A stretch of DNA of 64,000 bases from Thalia democratica (lineage: Eukaryota): the NCBI GenBank assembly GCA_965202585.1, contig OZ241828.1:59520001-59584000 (forward strand). Direction: 5' to 3'. The position numbers and the translations under genes were made by a program. The notes under the pieces were generated by a model. The model was not told the DNA's origin. It searched no databases and worked only from the letters and a program-made list of their open reading frames with translations. Below are positions 25,277 through 37,692 of the stretch, one piece after another. Numbering within the stretch: position 1 is the stretch's first letter; each line of letters begins with the position of its first letter.

Positions 25277-26412
25277 TAGTGATCTACGGTCATCTTTTGC
25301 TTGGAACCGGAACCTACCGGATCCTATTTTTAAAAAATGATCCGTAACCGGATCCGGCCGGATCCTAGCTGAAATTTGACTGAGTCCCGATCCAGTAAGT
25401 TTGGAAAGACTTTATTTTCAGCAATCAGCTTCTTTCAGTTTTGTATACTTCGATTACTTTGGTTTGAATACTTAATATGTGAAAAATTAGTCAAGTGAAC
25501 CAGTCTAATTAAATTTTAGTTAATCATTTATTGTAAAATTGCAGGTACATACAGTAGTTTATTAAAAAGTTATTAAGTTTTCTTCTTAATGGTTATGATT
25601 ATTATTTAATCTACTTTTGATTAACACTTGAAAATGTTTTAGAGTAGAAAATATTTTTTAGTTTCATTATTATAAGGCTAATTCAGGATAAGTTTATAAA
25701 TTTAAGAACTTTTAAAGTTTCAGAAAATATACATTCTAGATTTTTATTTAAGTAAGACTTAGTGAAATTCAACTTTTTTAGTTAAACTTTTTATAATCAT
25801 ATTTTATGATAGAAACTTGAACTTTAATAATGTCAAAAGTTATAATTAAATATTTTAAAGCATTCAATAAAACTCAAGATGACTCAGTACAGCTTCATTG
25901 GCAAAAACAGTGGCAACGCTGTACAAATCTAAGACTAATAATATTATTTTTAATATAACTAATTTCTAACAGTTACATAGTTTATTTCTCCTTAATTAAA
26001 AATGTCAATTGCGTAGAAACTTTTCAACACAAGTAAGGCATTATGTTATGCCCTTGTTATGCAATTTGCAGTCTTTGGGTTTACAGTTACTCATTAAAAT
26101 ATGTAATGTTTATTCGCACAGTACTTCTTTTTTATTAAAGCATTCGAATTCAAAGCATTAAAGAAAAATTTCAGAGGCTAGAAATCACCACCATCATATA
26201 ATAAAGCAGTTAGAGATAGTTCGTCCCCAACTCTAATACAAAGGAAGCTAACAGCAATAAACCAAACTAGTACTGAGAGTTTAACAATGTAAAGTTATTG
26301 TTGAAAGAATAATTTAACTGAATTATCAGAAACTTCGTTTTCTTCATTTACATGTGACATATGGGCAAATTCAAAAACAATGACATCATATCCTTCTTAA
26401 ACAGCGCATTGG
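25277..26412 (+). pseudogene. Decayed hAT transposase with a TAGTGAT-type left end
   Basis: Starts TAGTGATCTACGG with CCGGATCC repeats like the 20417 element. 26335-26412 translates SFSSFTCDIWANSKTMTSYPS*TAHW, resembling the hAT motif around the first catalytic Asp (F-T-x-D-x-W...S-Y-x-S-L-T-A-H-W), with an in-frame stop. Confidence 0.62.
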
Positions 26413-26539
26413 TAGATGTCTAGCTCTCCATTGTTAAATTGATGCCAAAAACAATGCCCAACACTAAAACGTTTATTAATTACTAAATTTTGTTTTAGTT
26501 ACGTTGAAAAGCGTTTTAGGTTTTATATTTCAAAGTAAA

Positions 26540-26632
26540 CGTAGTGTACGACTCGATAACCGAAAGGTTCCTTTGTACACCAGGTCGTTAAACCAAACAT
26601 TTTAAGCGCTTCTTTTTTTATTGTTCAATAAA
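26540..26632 (+). repeat. Copy of the dispersed CTCGATAAC structured repeat
   Basis: GTGTACGACTCGATAACCGAAAGGTTCCTTTGTACACCAGGTC...GTTCAATAAAC. Homologous to 48125-48250. Confidence 0.8.
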
Positions 26633-27793
26633 CAATAATAAACTTTAAGAAGTGCTTATTCTTTTAAATAACTTTACAGATAATGGGCTTCTATAAATAA
26701 GTCATAAAATTTTACTTTTTATAACAAAAACTTATAAATGTATTTATTATTAGGCTTAAAAAACATTAGGTGTTTAGTAAACGAGCATACTATTACAATC
26801 TTGCTGTTAAGTGATTCTTCTAATGTTTTTTTGTAATAACGCAATCTGCGAAGAACATTATACAACAAATTGTCCTTCAAGTTTCTTTATAGCAATTCTA
26901 GCCAGCCGACGAGAATAGTTGCCTAGCCTTATTATAAAGAAATTAATTTTTTTACACAGCTCTGTAAACATATTTTCGTTAGTTTAATGACAAATTGTGA
27001 AAAAAGAAAAAAGCAATTGTATTACTTTTAATTCTCTCTTATTTATAAAGGCAACTTCTTCAATAGTAAGCTAATGATACAAATCAATAACTACCTTAAT
27101 AACATTTTTTTAACATATACTTTGTTTTAGAAGTTCTAAAGCTTAAAATTTTTTGTTAATTTCACTCAGGACTTTTTTTACACGAACAAAGCTCATTATA
27201 AACTTAATTTTTAAAGTTTCAAATTGTTATGTTTAATATTTCAGCCAATTTACAGACAACTTGTTGCTGGAGATTAGGTTGGCAAGTTTTCAGTTACCCA
27301 AAAGTTTTAATGAAATATATACATATTTTAAATATCGTACCATTCTAAGCACTCTGATGAATTTTGCGTTTTAACTAAAAAAATATAACATTTAAGTATA
27401 ATAATTAAGTGTTTAAATTATAAATTTAACTTTATTTTCAGTAGGTTTTTAGATTTTGATCTTTATAACATTTTAAAAAACATTAGTTCTGTTAAACCTG
27501 AGAATGACAAACATCAGAATGAAGTTAAGCTGCAGCATTTTTTATAAAACTAGTTGTACCAAAACATTTTAAACAGCTTACATTCAAAATACAATATTAC
27601 TGAAACCGTCTGTAACTAACAGTTTATTTGAATATAAAATTGTACAACAAGAATCTATATAACACTTTAGCAAGAAAGCAAATAAATGAAAACTAAAAGT
27701 ACGTAGACAAAAAAAGTTGATAGTTGTTGAGAAAATCTTAGATAAAAACAACAACTTTGAAAGCATTACAATCTAAAACAAACACACGTATTC

Positions 27794-29908
27794 TTATTGG
27801 CATATAAACTTGTTGGTTCTTTCCGGTATGTTCGCAAACCTCCCGAAATATCTATCATTGTTTACATTGCAATAAATCGCAACAAAGTCGTATTTAATGC
27901 TTGGGTACCCGGGCGCCCATCCTTCAATCTCGAACCCGGAATCTAAACCGCTTCCGTCCGCTTTCACCCATTTTCCTCCGCACTTTTTGATTCCGGTCCA
28001 AAGATAACCAACTGTAATTTCGTATTTCTTGCACAAAACTCTGTGATAAATATTGTAACTGTTACCGCATTCAATTGATAAACTAACATTGTTAATTAAA
28101 CGTTTTTTTTTTACTTTACTAAAACACTGTATTTTATGTAAATTAAAAAAAATTGTTGAAAAAGTATAAGTTGCTCAATATTAAATCAAAAAATGAAACT
28201 CATGCATAAATAAAAAGTATACTCACTTGAACCTCACATAGACTAATACCTATTTGTGGTAAAAAGTTAAAAAACTATAGTTTAAAATATTTATTTAATA
28301 GTTTGATACAACTAACTGTCTTTTCTCAACAGTCTCAATACCGTCAATCAAAAGTTTTCTTCCAAACTCTAAACACTTGTTGTTTGCTGCTTCCCAGGTG
28401 GCTCCAAGTAGCTCTGTTGTTTTTAAAAATATTATACTGTAAAGGTGGCAATCAAAGTTTTCAACTTAAAAACAAATTATTCACAATACAATGTTTCACT
28501 CGTTCTACTTGAATAAGATTTTAAACAACTGAAAATCTCGTTTTAAAACGAGTGAAATATTGTATTGTTAATAAAACTTATAATTTTTAAAAATATAGTA
28601 AAAACTTACTTGGTTTTAAAATGGGTTTTGAAATACTATCAAACAAACCAAAGCTACGTAAATAAGTATTTTGAAAATTAGTATTGATTTTGAAAACTTT
28701 TTCTTTTTGAACGTGTGCATTATCGAACTTTTGCTAACGTTCGATTATTTTATATAAGTTTATTAAAATAATTATCAGTATAGTGATTAAAATGACTTTT
28801 TAAGTTCTTTAAAAATTTATCGAGTTGCTATTAAAATATAATTTAATAAATTTATTAAAATAAAATATATTTTAGAATAAATATAAAATTATAAATTTAT
28901 AAATTTTAAAAATTATGCTACAAAAACTTATTATAAACAGCTCGCAACAAGAAACAGTAAATAAGAAAAAATCTTTGAAAATTTACTTACTGATTTTAAA
29001 CTAACCACACTTGAATGGGTCAGATTTGAAATTTGGAATCCAACTTCCATTCAGACAGTTTCTGCTAACTTCGCCAACCGCAGTGAATGGACCGCACGAA
29101 AGTTCAACCGACGAATTGTGGGGTATTTTAACGGGAGTTTTCGGGTGGATGTTTAAAATTGGTGGCACGTTACATTCTGTAAAGTACTTTTTATATTTCT
29201 TCAGCACTGTTAGTAAAACCATTTTGTAAAACGTCGGTTTTGAATGTAGATTTCTCAAAAGACTTCAGTAGATAAAAGTTTACTTTATTTGCGAAATTCC
29301 TCATCTATATTGAAGCACCTCTTATGCAGTACATTATAGTTTCATGCTAATTTTTTTTAAATGAAAGTTTAAGTAGAATTTCAAGGTATTAATCAAAAAT
29401 TTTTAACAAACCTGAAAGGTCAGAAACCTCATTTGCTTGCTTGTCCACATTTTTCAAGTGTTTTGCAATCTTTTCTTGGCTTAGAACTGAGCTAGCTACT
29501 CGATCTAAAAACAGTTGGCAAACATATTTTGTTTAACTTTGAAAATCTTTGCGACTATTCTAATACTTAATAAAACAAAATCAAACCGTTCAATTGTCCG
29601 ATGAAACTTTGCAGCTTGTTGACGTTTTCTTCCTGGTTCGACGCGGCCCGGTTAATTTCACGGACCATTTCCTTCAGCTTTGAACTTCCCATCTTCAAAA
29701 CTTCCACCTGCGTCTCAATTTCGCCCAACATCTCACCCAAGCACCTTTCGCCCTTTTCTCTCTTCAGCCCCCCTGTGACCGGGTTTTTGGGGTCTTGGGG
29801 GTCATGATCCTGGTCGCCGCAAATTGAAAGCTGGTGGCAGCTGCCGGCGGAAACGTGGAAAACTTCGATTAAAAATACACAAACCAGTAAAACTACTTTC
29901 GTATTCAT
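27794..29908 (-). CDS. Secreted collectin-like lectin (signal peptide, Cys/collagen-relic segment, coiled coil, sushi/CCP, C-type lectin); exons 29908-29587, 29504-29412, 29176-29006, 28464-28317, 28040-27794
   Basis: Signal peptide MNTKVVLLVCVFLIEVFHVSAG. A heptad-like helical region follows. The 171-nt phase 1-1 exon ECNVPP...SVELSC...RNCLNGSWIP...FKC is a 4-Cys CCP. The CTL reads TWEAANNKC...LWTGIKK...WAPGYP...FICQ*. All junctions are GT-AG and in phase. Confidence 0.88.
28477..28574. other. Intronic hairpin: 28-bp arms, 42-nt loop
   Basis: TTATTCACAATACAATGTTTCACTCGTT ... AACGAGTGAAATATTGTATTGTTAATAA. One mismatch and one G-T pair. Confidence 0.8.
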
Positions 29909-32217
29909 CGTTTCCCTCAAGTTTTTTAGTGGAGAAATTGGATTGAGCTTGTGCTTATATACTTTTTCTAAAAACTTGCTCGCACGCGATCGCGAATTCG
30001 TTAAAAAAACCTCAAAAATATTTTTTTCGGAACAAGTTTCTGTCAAGTCGAATTAGCGATGTCATCGACATTTCTTTAATGCGATGTTATCAGCGAAATT
30101 GCCCGAGGGGTTAGATAATATCAAGGACAGTAGAAGCTTTTTAGTCATGAAAAATTTTTATAGTTGAAGTAGAAACATTTCTTTCTAGTCGAAATAATGC
30201 GATTGCACTAAAGGATGCAAAAATGTAAAGCTTCTACTTGCGAGAAAGTAATTTCAATTAAATTTATGTCACAACTTGTTTTTGAAATTAGCTGCAAAAT
30301 TATATACGGAAGACCGGAAACAAAGCTTTGAATAGAAAAAAAAGTTTTGAATCATAAAATAATGATTGATTATTTTTATTACAAAGCATTTGATTTTCAA
30401 GTTGTATTCTGTGTTTAAAATTATTAATTTTTAAGTTTCTATACTTATTTTGGAGAAAAAAATGATTTTGTTTAAAGTCAATTATTCACGTTATATGTAT
30501 GTTAAAAACAAAAATATAATTTAAAAAGTTATGATTCGAGATAAAAACAAACGTACTAAAAAAATGTTTCCGGCAAAACAAATTTCGAAGTCTTAACCGT
30601 TTATTACTTTTGGATTTTTATGAATTTATTAAGAAGTAATTTATTTTGTAATTTTCTCTTACTATATGCTTTTCTGGTTACAAATTGTATGGGTTTTTGA
30701 TTTATTTACTGGAGTATTGCTTTAGATGCTGGACATAAAATAAAACATTTTAACACTTACCAACGATACTTCTATTTTATTTTCATAAAAACAATGTAGC
30801 TTATACGACACTAATGTTTTAATTTGATACTACAAGTTATAACTTGAAGTTTGATTTATTTGCAAAGTTGTTTTGTATCAATAAAACTTAATGAAACATA
30901 ATGCTTTTTAACACGAAATTACTTAATAAATTTTTGAATAATAAAAAAGAAAAATGTTAACACTATGAAATTAACATTAAACTTATCAAAATGCTTACTC
31001 ACAAAATGATAAATTTGTTGTCAAAAAGTTCAAAAGCTGTAAGTCAGAACAACTCCAAAATAAGTTAATTTATTTTCTCTATAATACATATGTATCTGTT
31101 TTACACAATTACTCCTTCGGTTTAAAAACTTTAAATTAAAAAAAAGCTAGACAGTAGCAAAAACTTTTGAAAATTCCGAATTTGTTATATATTTGATTTT
31201 TTTTAAAGTAGTAAATTGTTTAACTTTGTAAAAAACTCTGTTATTTGTTTACCACTAAAGTTTTGTTATTCTTAAATAATAAAAAAATTCATTTATTTTT
31301 GTTTCAAAAATAATGTTCTTGTTTTAAAAAGCATATAAAATACTTAAACTCTTACTAATTACATTTCTATTTTAACCATTTAAAACTATAATCTACACGA
31401 TATAAATGTTTTTAATGCAATACATGAAATTTTATTTTAAATATTGACTAATTAAAATGGTGGTTAAATGTTAATAAAATTGTACAATGCATACAGATGT
31501 AAACTTGTTTTTCACTATTTTTATACAAACACTTATTTTTTAATATAATTTAATAAACATTTGTCAATTTTTATTGTATTAATTAAAAACTTCTGCATTT
31601 AAGTTAAATTTAGTAGTTTTAGTAAGGTTTTGTATAACACAAAATTATACTTTTTAAATTACATAAGTACTTTTTCGTATAAATTTTCTGCCAAGAACAT
31701 CAAAAACTTTGTGTCAGAAAATTTCAAAAACTATTGAAGTAAATCAAGTTTGTTTTTGCGATTGCAATGTGATTGCAGTAAATCTTGCAAAATTTAAAGC
31801 TTTAAGTACAAGAATAGTTCAATTGGAAATCATTTCTTAGCTGATTTTTTAAGTTAAATGCAAAGTTAGTTGTGCATGACCAAAGAAAGAAACTCAATTA
31901 ATTTTGAAAATAATAACTTTTTTTGTTATCGGTGGACGAACAGGTTAATTGAAAAGTAGAATGTGTTTTAAAATTTTACGAAATTTCACATTTCAAATTA
32001 ATAAGTTTTATGTACTTTAAAATAAACTTGGCTATATAGTATACTAAAGTAAGTTATTTGTTATTAATCATACAAGTTTTCTATTGTTTTGGCTTATTTT
32101 TATAACAACAAAATTTTTGTAAAAACAAAACTCTTTGTTTAAAAACGTTAAAAGTGTATGCAATTTTTCAGTTTAACTTAGATAGTAGTTGATTTTTATA
32201 AAAAATTAATTTGTAGT

Positions 32218-32305
32218 TTATTGACACCACAAAAAATACGCTCAAAATATTTTCGGTTATCGAGTCGTACAACACGGATACCTTTTAATTTCTTGTGTAG
32301 GATAT
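32218..32305 (-). repeat. Internally deleted copy of the CTCGATAAC repeat
   Basis: CGCTCAAAATATTTTCGGTTATCGAGTCGTACA. Lacks the GGTCCTAGGACC palindrome segment. Confidence 0.7.
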
Positions 32306-34334
32306 AAACAATTTCTATATCTTTTTCAGGACAAAGTACTTTTTAAGTACTTAAGACTTTCAAATTTAAACACAACAGAAATTAGTTTTAGTGATATTTT
32401 AAACCGCATTACATACAATTTTTAATGTTAGTTACTTTTGTTAAGTATGTTTGAGTTCTTTTACCTTATTGTTTTATTTTCATTGTAATATTACAAACTA
32501 AAATGCAATCTTTTTACCATATTTTGTGTATATGAAGCTAATAAAAATAAACAATGTATAATTTTACTTTGGGTTTGAAAAAAAATAGTTTTTAGCCATA
32601 TAAGATGAAAAAATCTTCTATAATCAAAACAGTTTACAACTTTTAAGGACTTGTATAAGAATGCAAGTAAAACTTATTTTATTTTCCAATTTTTATGTGT
32701 GGTTTTGCTCTCTTTATTTATTAATATTGATTGAATTGCTACAACAATTATCCACTATACTTTAGTTAAAACTACCCAAAAAATTATTGTGGTATAATTT
32801 TTTTTCAATGCTGTGCTGCTCGTTTTACAGTAAATCTTGATTTATTTAAAAATTGTTTTGTATTAATATAATTTTTTTTATGTAAAAATTAGTATCAAAC
32901 ACAAAAGTATTAATAAGATTTCAATTATATACAATAAACAAAAAGTTTAACAATAGGAAATTAACAATTATTAAGTTTTTATATACTAATGTTAATTCTT
33001 AGTGTAAAAGTAAAACTTAAAATTAAGTACAGTGAAATAATGCAGTAACGTTTCGGTTAAAAATTATATTTTTTAAACTAAGTATATTACAACTTTTTTC
33101 AAGTAGTTTTCTGTTTAATTGTATACTTAGCGAGATTCATGTTCATAAACTATAAAATTAATTGCCAAGAGAATCGAATTCTAATTGTTAAAATTTGAAT
33201 TATAATTAACCTTTACCAAACACATAAACTGTACTTTTGTTTTGTATAGATTAAAAACAATTTTAAACTACAGAAAATAAAACACAATTTTTGAACTAAA
33301 TATAATTTTGACTAACATTTAAAACAAAACATAAAGTATGTTGGTTGTTTTGAAGTTTTTGCTAGATTTATATTAATCTACATTAATAAAATTAGTGTTT
33401 ACAATTTTCATACTCTTAATTGTTATCAATTGAATTTTTTTAATTACAAAGACTAAACAGTACATTATATTCAAAACATATTTATATTGTATATCATATA
33501 TTTATAAATACAAATTTTTATTGTATACCTAAATGCATCGTTACTCAGTGTGTGCATGTATATAAATTTTTCAAAATTTTTACATGTCTCGACCTTTTTT
33601 TTTCTTGAATACTTTTAAATATAAAAACGTTTTAAACAATACGAGAACTTTAAAACATACTAAGTTGCAAACTATTAGTTAAACATAAATCATTCTGAAA
33701 AACTATACAAAAGTCTGTTGTTTTATTTCAATTTTGTCTTTTAAACATAAAAATTGAAATTTTTCTAAATTTAATTATAAAAGTACCATAAAAACCCAAT
33801 AAAAGGTTATTCGGTTTTTATAATGACTAATCAAAAGTTTGTCAAAAATTGTAAATTAAGTGTATCAAATTGCTTTCAGATTAGAAACTCAAATACGAGT
33901 CACAATAAGTTTAAAACTTGATTAAATAAAATACTTTGAAAAAAAATAGTTATGAAATCATGAGTTTTTTTTTTAAGTTATTTTTAACATGTATGATGTG
34001 CTGTATTTAACAATTTAATCATTTTAGTTGTACTTATACTTTTGTAAGGCTTTTAAAACAAACTTTTATTTTATCTTTCCTTAATTTACTTATTGTTATT
34101 AAAATTTTTATAAACTTAAGTGCAAAAAACTTAAACTAAGTTAATCTTAATAAAGTTTACAATGAAGTTTAACATAATTTCTGTGAGTTAAAGTTTGACT
34201 TAAAAGTTCAACTTCAAGAAAAGTTGTATAAAAACTAAAATCCAAATTGTCAAAAATTTCTTTTAAATTAGTTACCTTGGGTATTTCCCTCATACAATAA
34301 CATAGTTTTCATTAGTTAATCATCAATTACATAG

Positions 34335-34455
34335 TTTATAGAAACAAAAATAAAAGCTCAAAATATTCAGCCCTAACACCTTTTGAATGCATGAAGAACC
34401 TTTTAGTTATCGAGTTGTACACCGCTTCGATCCTTTTTAACGCCTTTTTTAGGAC
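34335..34455 (-). repeat. Diverged copy of the CTCGATAAC repeat
   Basis: GAAGAACCTTTTAGTTATCGAGTTGTACACCGCTT ... TTAACGCC...AGGACTA. Confidence 0.7.
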
Positions 34456-35333
34456 TATACTTGCGGTAATAAGTACACAATGTCATGGACAAAAATACAA
34501 GAAGATTTTTTTTATTCAACTGTGTTCATTTGTACAGGTTCAAGATCTAACAGTTAGTCTTGTCAATTAAGTTTGAATAAACTGCCAGTTTTTAATTTAA
34601 TTAGAGGTTGGTAACGTAGGTCTGTTAACAATGAACACAAAGTGGAAGCTGACCCACAAAAATTAATACTGCAGCCCATAAGTGAGTAAATCCAAACCTT
34701 CTTTATTTGCAGTACATATACTGAACTGAAATAAGAGTAAAAAAGGTTTGAAATTTACCTAATTAAGACCTAATATAGTTTGTAATTTTTTAAAATGAAT
34801 TGGATAAATGGGTAATTTTTGTAACTACTAAATAGATTGAAATATTTGACACCCCAACAAAATCGACATCTAGGCATGCAAAAAAAAACTGTAATACTGG
34901 AAAAAAACTGACTTTTGACAATTTAGGCAAAAAAAAACTAGTGTTTGAGAAAAAAGAAAAAAATTAAATTAAACTAAAATCACTTGTGTAGTTTTGAAAA
35001 ATTTTTACATGTAAAATGATGAAATTTTGACAAGTACAAAAAATCTATCATATATGATAATTGTTGTATCTTTTATTGTTTTATTTACTATTAAACACAT
35101 TTATAGTACCACAACGTTATCCTATTAATGCTTTAATAACATTTCGGACAGTTTTTATCATATACTTTATTTCATAATAAAAATGGACAAAAAATCGTGT
35201 GTTTTCAAAAACATGGAAAAATTTAGAAAACCTTGTTAAAGTTTCCAAAAACCCTCTGGCAACCCTGATCACTTGGTCTGCTGGCTAAAGTTGTTGCCCC
35301 ACCCCTTAAAATATCTATTGGAAGTAAGTTATT

Positions 35334-36309
35334 CAGGGTTGCCAAAAAACTTAAAAGCGTGGAAAAATCTGGAATTTGAGAAATTTTGAAAAAAAAAACT
35401 CGAGTTTTGAACAAAAATTACTAAAAAACCTTAAATTTAAAACAATTTTACATGTTGCGTAGAATAATTTTGACTTGACACAAAAAATCTACCATATAGA
35501 TTACTTTTTTGTCATCACCAAAAACATATTTGAAGTGGCTTTACAGTATCTTTTAAATGTTTTTATACTTTTAACTCAGTTTTTACCTTAAACTTAACTT
35601 TAAACTAAAAATAGACCCAGTATGTGTACTTTTAAAAACCTGGAGGAAATTTTGTAAATCTGGAGAAAATTTTTCAAAAACATTTCAATAGTACAATTTC
35701 ATTTAAACAATTTCATTTAAAGCTAAAAAGATTTGATTTAAATATGATAAATACCCATAAAATTTACTAATTTTCCACTGTAAACAAAAGAAAAAATATT
35801 CGCTTCCCTACGCCTCCCCCCTACAAACTATTAGTTTACTTATATATTTTGTAGTTATGAATTTTGTTTTATAAGCCATGATTTTAGACAAACTTCTTTA
35901 CTGTGTGTAGTAAGTGATATATAAGTTTGAAATTAGTTCATTTGTTTATCATATTGTGTTTAACTTTGTGTTTTCATTTAAATTATGTTTGTATATATAT
36001 ATATAATTTATCTTAAAGTTTTTAATATAAGTTTATTTTCTTTTTCTCTTTTTGTGTGTCCTGTTTAAGTGGCTCAGGTTTTGATGCTTGAGTCCAACAT
36101 TGCACAATAAACAATATAATAATAATAATAATAATAATAATAAAGTAACTTTACAGTATTTTTTCAATGTTTTTATACTATTTAACACAGTTTGTTATGT
36201 ATAAATTAACTTAAAACTTAAAATAGACCCAAAAATGTGTACTTTTGAAAAACCTGGAAGAAATTTGGAAAACCTGGAAAAAATTTGGAAAAAACGAGTG
36301 GCAACCCTG
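35334..36309. mobile_element. hAT-type non-autonomous element with an internal duplication; a further right end of the same family at about 35257-35269
   Basis: Ends CAGGGTTGCCA ... TGGCAACCCTG. Duplicated block at 35541-35660 and 36150-36270. Contains (AAT)n at about 36115-36143. No clear TSD. A related fragment lies at about 42800-42958. Confidence 0.65.
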
Positions 36310-36605
36310 TTAAGAAAGTAAACATTTTACAAAATTTATCAAAGTTCACTAACAGCATTGATATTTTTTATAGTAATTAGTTTTAAGCTTAATTATAAAA
36401 ATAGATTAATTATAGCATTCTTTTAAAACCATCTGACTAAGTTGTGTTCATATCTGGTTTTTGATCTTATTTTATATAGTTTTTACTAAGCTACAAGATT
36501 CTTTTTACAGATTTTAAAAATTCAAAATAGTTTTTGAGATATAGCCGGTCAAAGTCGGAGCCAACAATAGGTTCCTTATGGGAGGGGCAAAAATAGACTC
36601 TTTTA

Positions 36606-36892
36606 CTAAAAATCTATCTTCTCCTACGTTTTTTGAGATAACTACCTCAAACTTTTAGGAAATGTTCCTTGATATATTTAAAAGATTCAGTTGAAAGGAA
36701 TTTAAAAAAAAATAAAAGATTAAAATTTTATATAAATAAAAAAAAGTTTTTTTTTGTTTTTTTGTTATAAAATTTTTATTTTTTAATTTTTTAAAATTCT
36801 GTTCCAACAGAATTTTCTAAATACTGCAAAGAACATTTCCTGAAAATTTGAGGTAGTTATCTCAAAAAATGTAGGAGGAGATAGATTTTTAG
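36606..36892. mobile_element. Foldback element, arms about 135 bp
   Basis: CTAAAAATCTATCTTCTCCTACGTTTTTTGAGATAACTACCTCAAACTTTTAGGAAATGTTC... is mirrored by ...GAACATTTCCTGAAAATTTGAGGTAGTTATCTCAAAAAATGTAGGAGGAGATAGATTTTTAG. Confidence 0.85.
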
Positions 36893-37344
36893 TGATTTCT
36901 AGTTATTTGCTGTTTTAGTAAATATTTTCTTTTAACATAGTACAAAATTTAGTTGCTTTATTTTACTTAGCAAATAGGTGTTTAATAGCTTACAGCATAG
37001 TTGCCAGGTTTTGATTATTTTAAATTTTGAGAGTTTTTTAAGCTTCTATTGTCCAGCGTTTAGTATTGACAAACTAAGGTTTAAAAAGTAGAAGCTTTGA
37101 GAGACTATATTTAAATAAAATTTTGTATATAAAGGATGTACTTTGAAAAAAAATATGGAAGAAAATTACAAAACAAATTAAGGGCATAAATGGTCCACCT
37201 TGGTTTTTACAAGTTTATCTTATTTTATAGAGTTTTGTCTGAGCTATTATAAGTTTTTCACTGCTTAAAAAAATCAAAGTAACTTTTTAGATATAAGAGA
37301 TCAAAGTTGGTGTGCTCAATAGGTTCCTAATAAAATAAACAAAC

Positions 37345-37692
37345 AAAAAACGCTAAAAAAGACTATTTCATTGAAAATCTATCTTATACTTCATTTTTAA
37401 CCAATCTTCTCCAAATTTTCACTGAACTTCCGTTACTAAAATTTAAATAGATTGAATGCAGGATTTTATTTTATTTATAAAAATAGCAAAATAGATATAT
37501 AAAAATCCACCTACTTTTTTTGTTTTTTATCTATAATTTTAGTATGAGTCATTGTTTATTTTTAAATATTTCTTAATTTGCATCATTCAAAGTCACTATA
37601 AAAAAATGATTTCTGATAGTTTAAAGGTTTCTAGTTTAAAACATGAAGGAGAAGATAGATTTTTAATGAAATAGTCTTTTTTAGCGTTTTTT
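37345..37692. mobile_element. Foldback/MITE related to 36606-36892, with about 60-bp TIRs
   Basis: AAAAAACGCTAAAAAAGACTATTTCATTGAAAATCTATCTT ... AAGATAGATTTTTAATGAAATAGTCTTTTTTAGCGTTTTTTG. Confidence 0.75.

Noticed and set aside
28502-28517. GTTCTACTTGAATAAG, 14/16 identical to the Ciona spliced leader ATTCTATTTGAATAAG
   Set aside because: Not followed by a GT donor or an evident Sm site. It lies in a hairpin loop in AT-rich DNA, so a chance match is likely.
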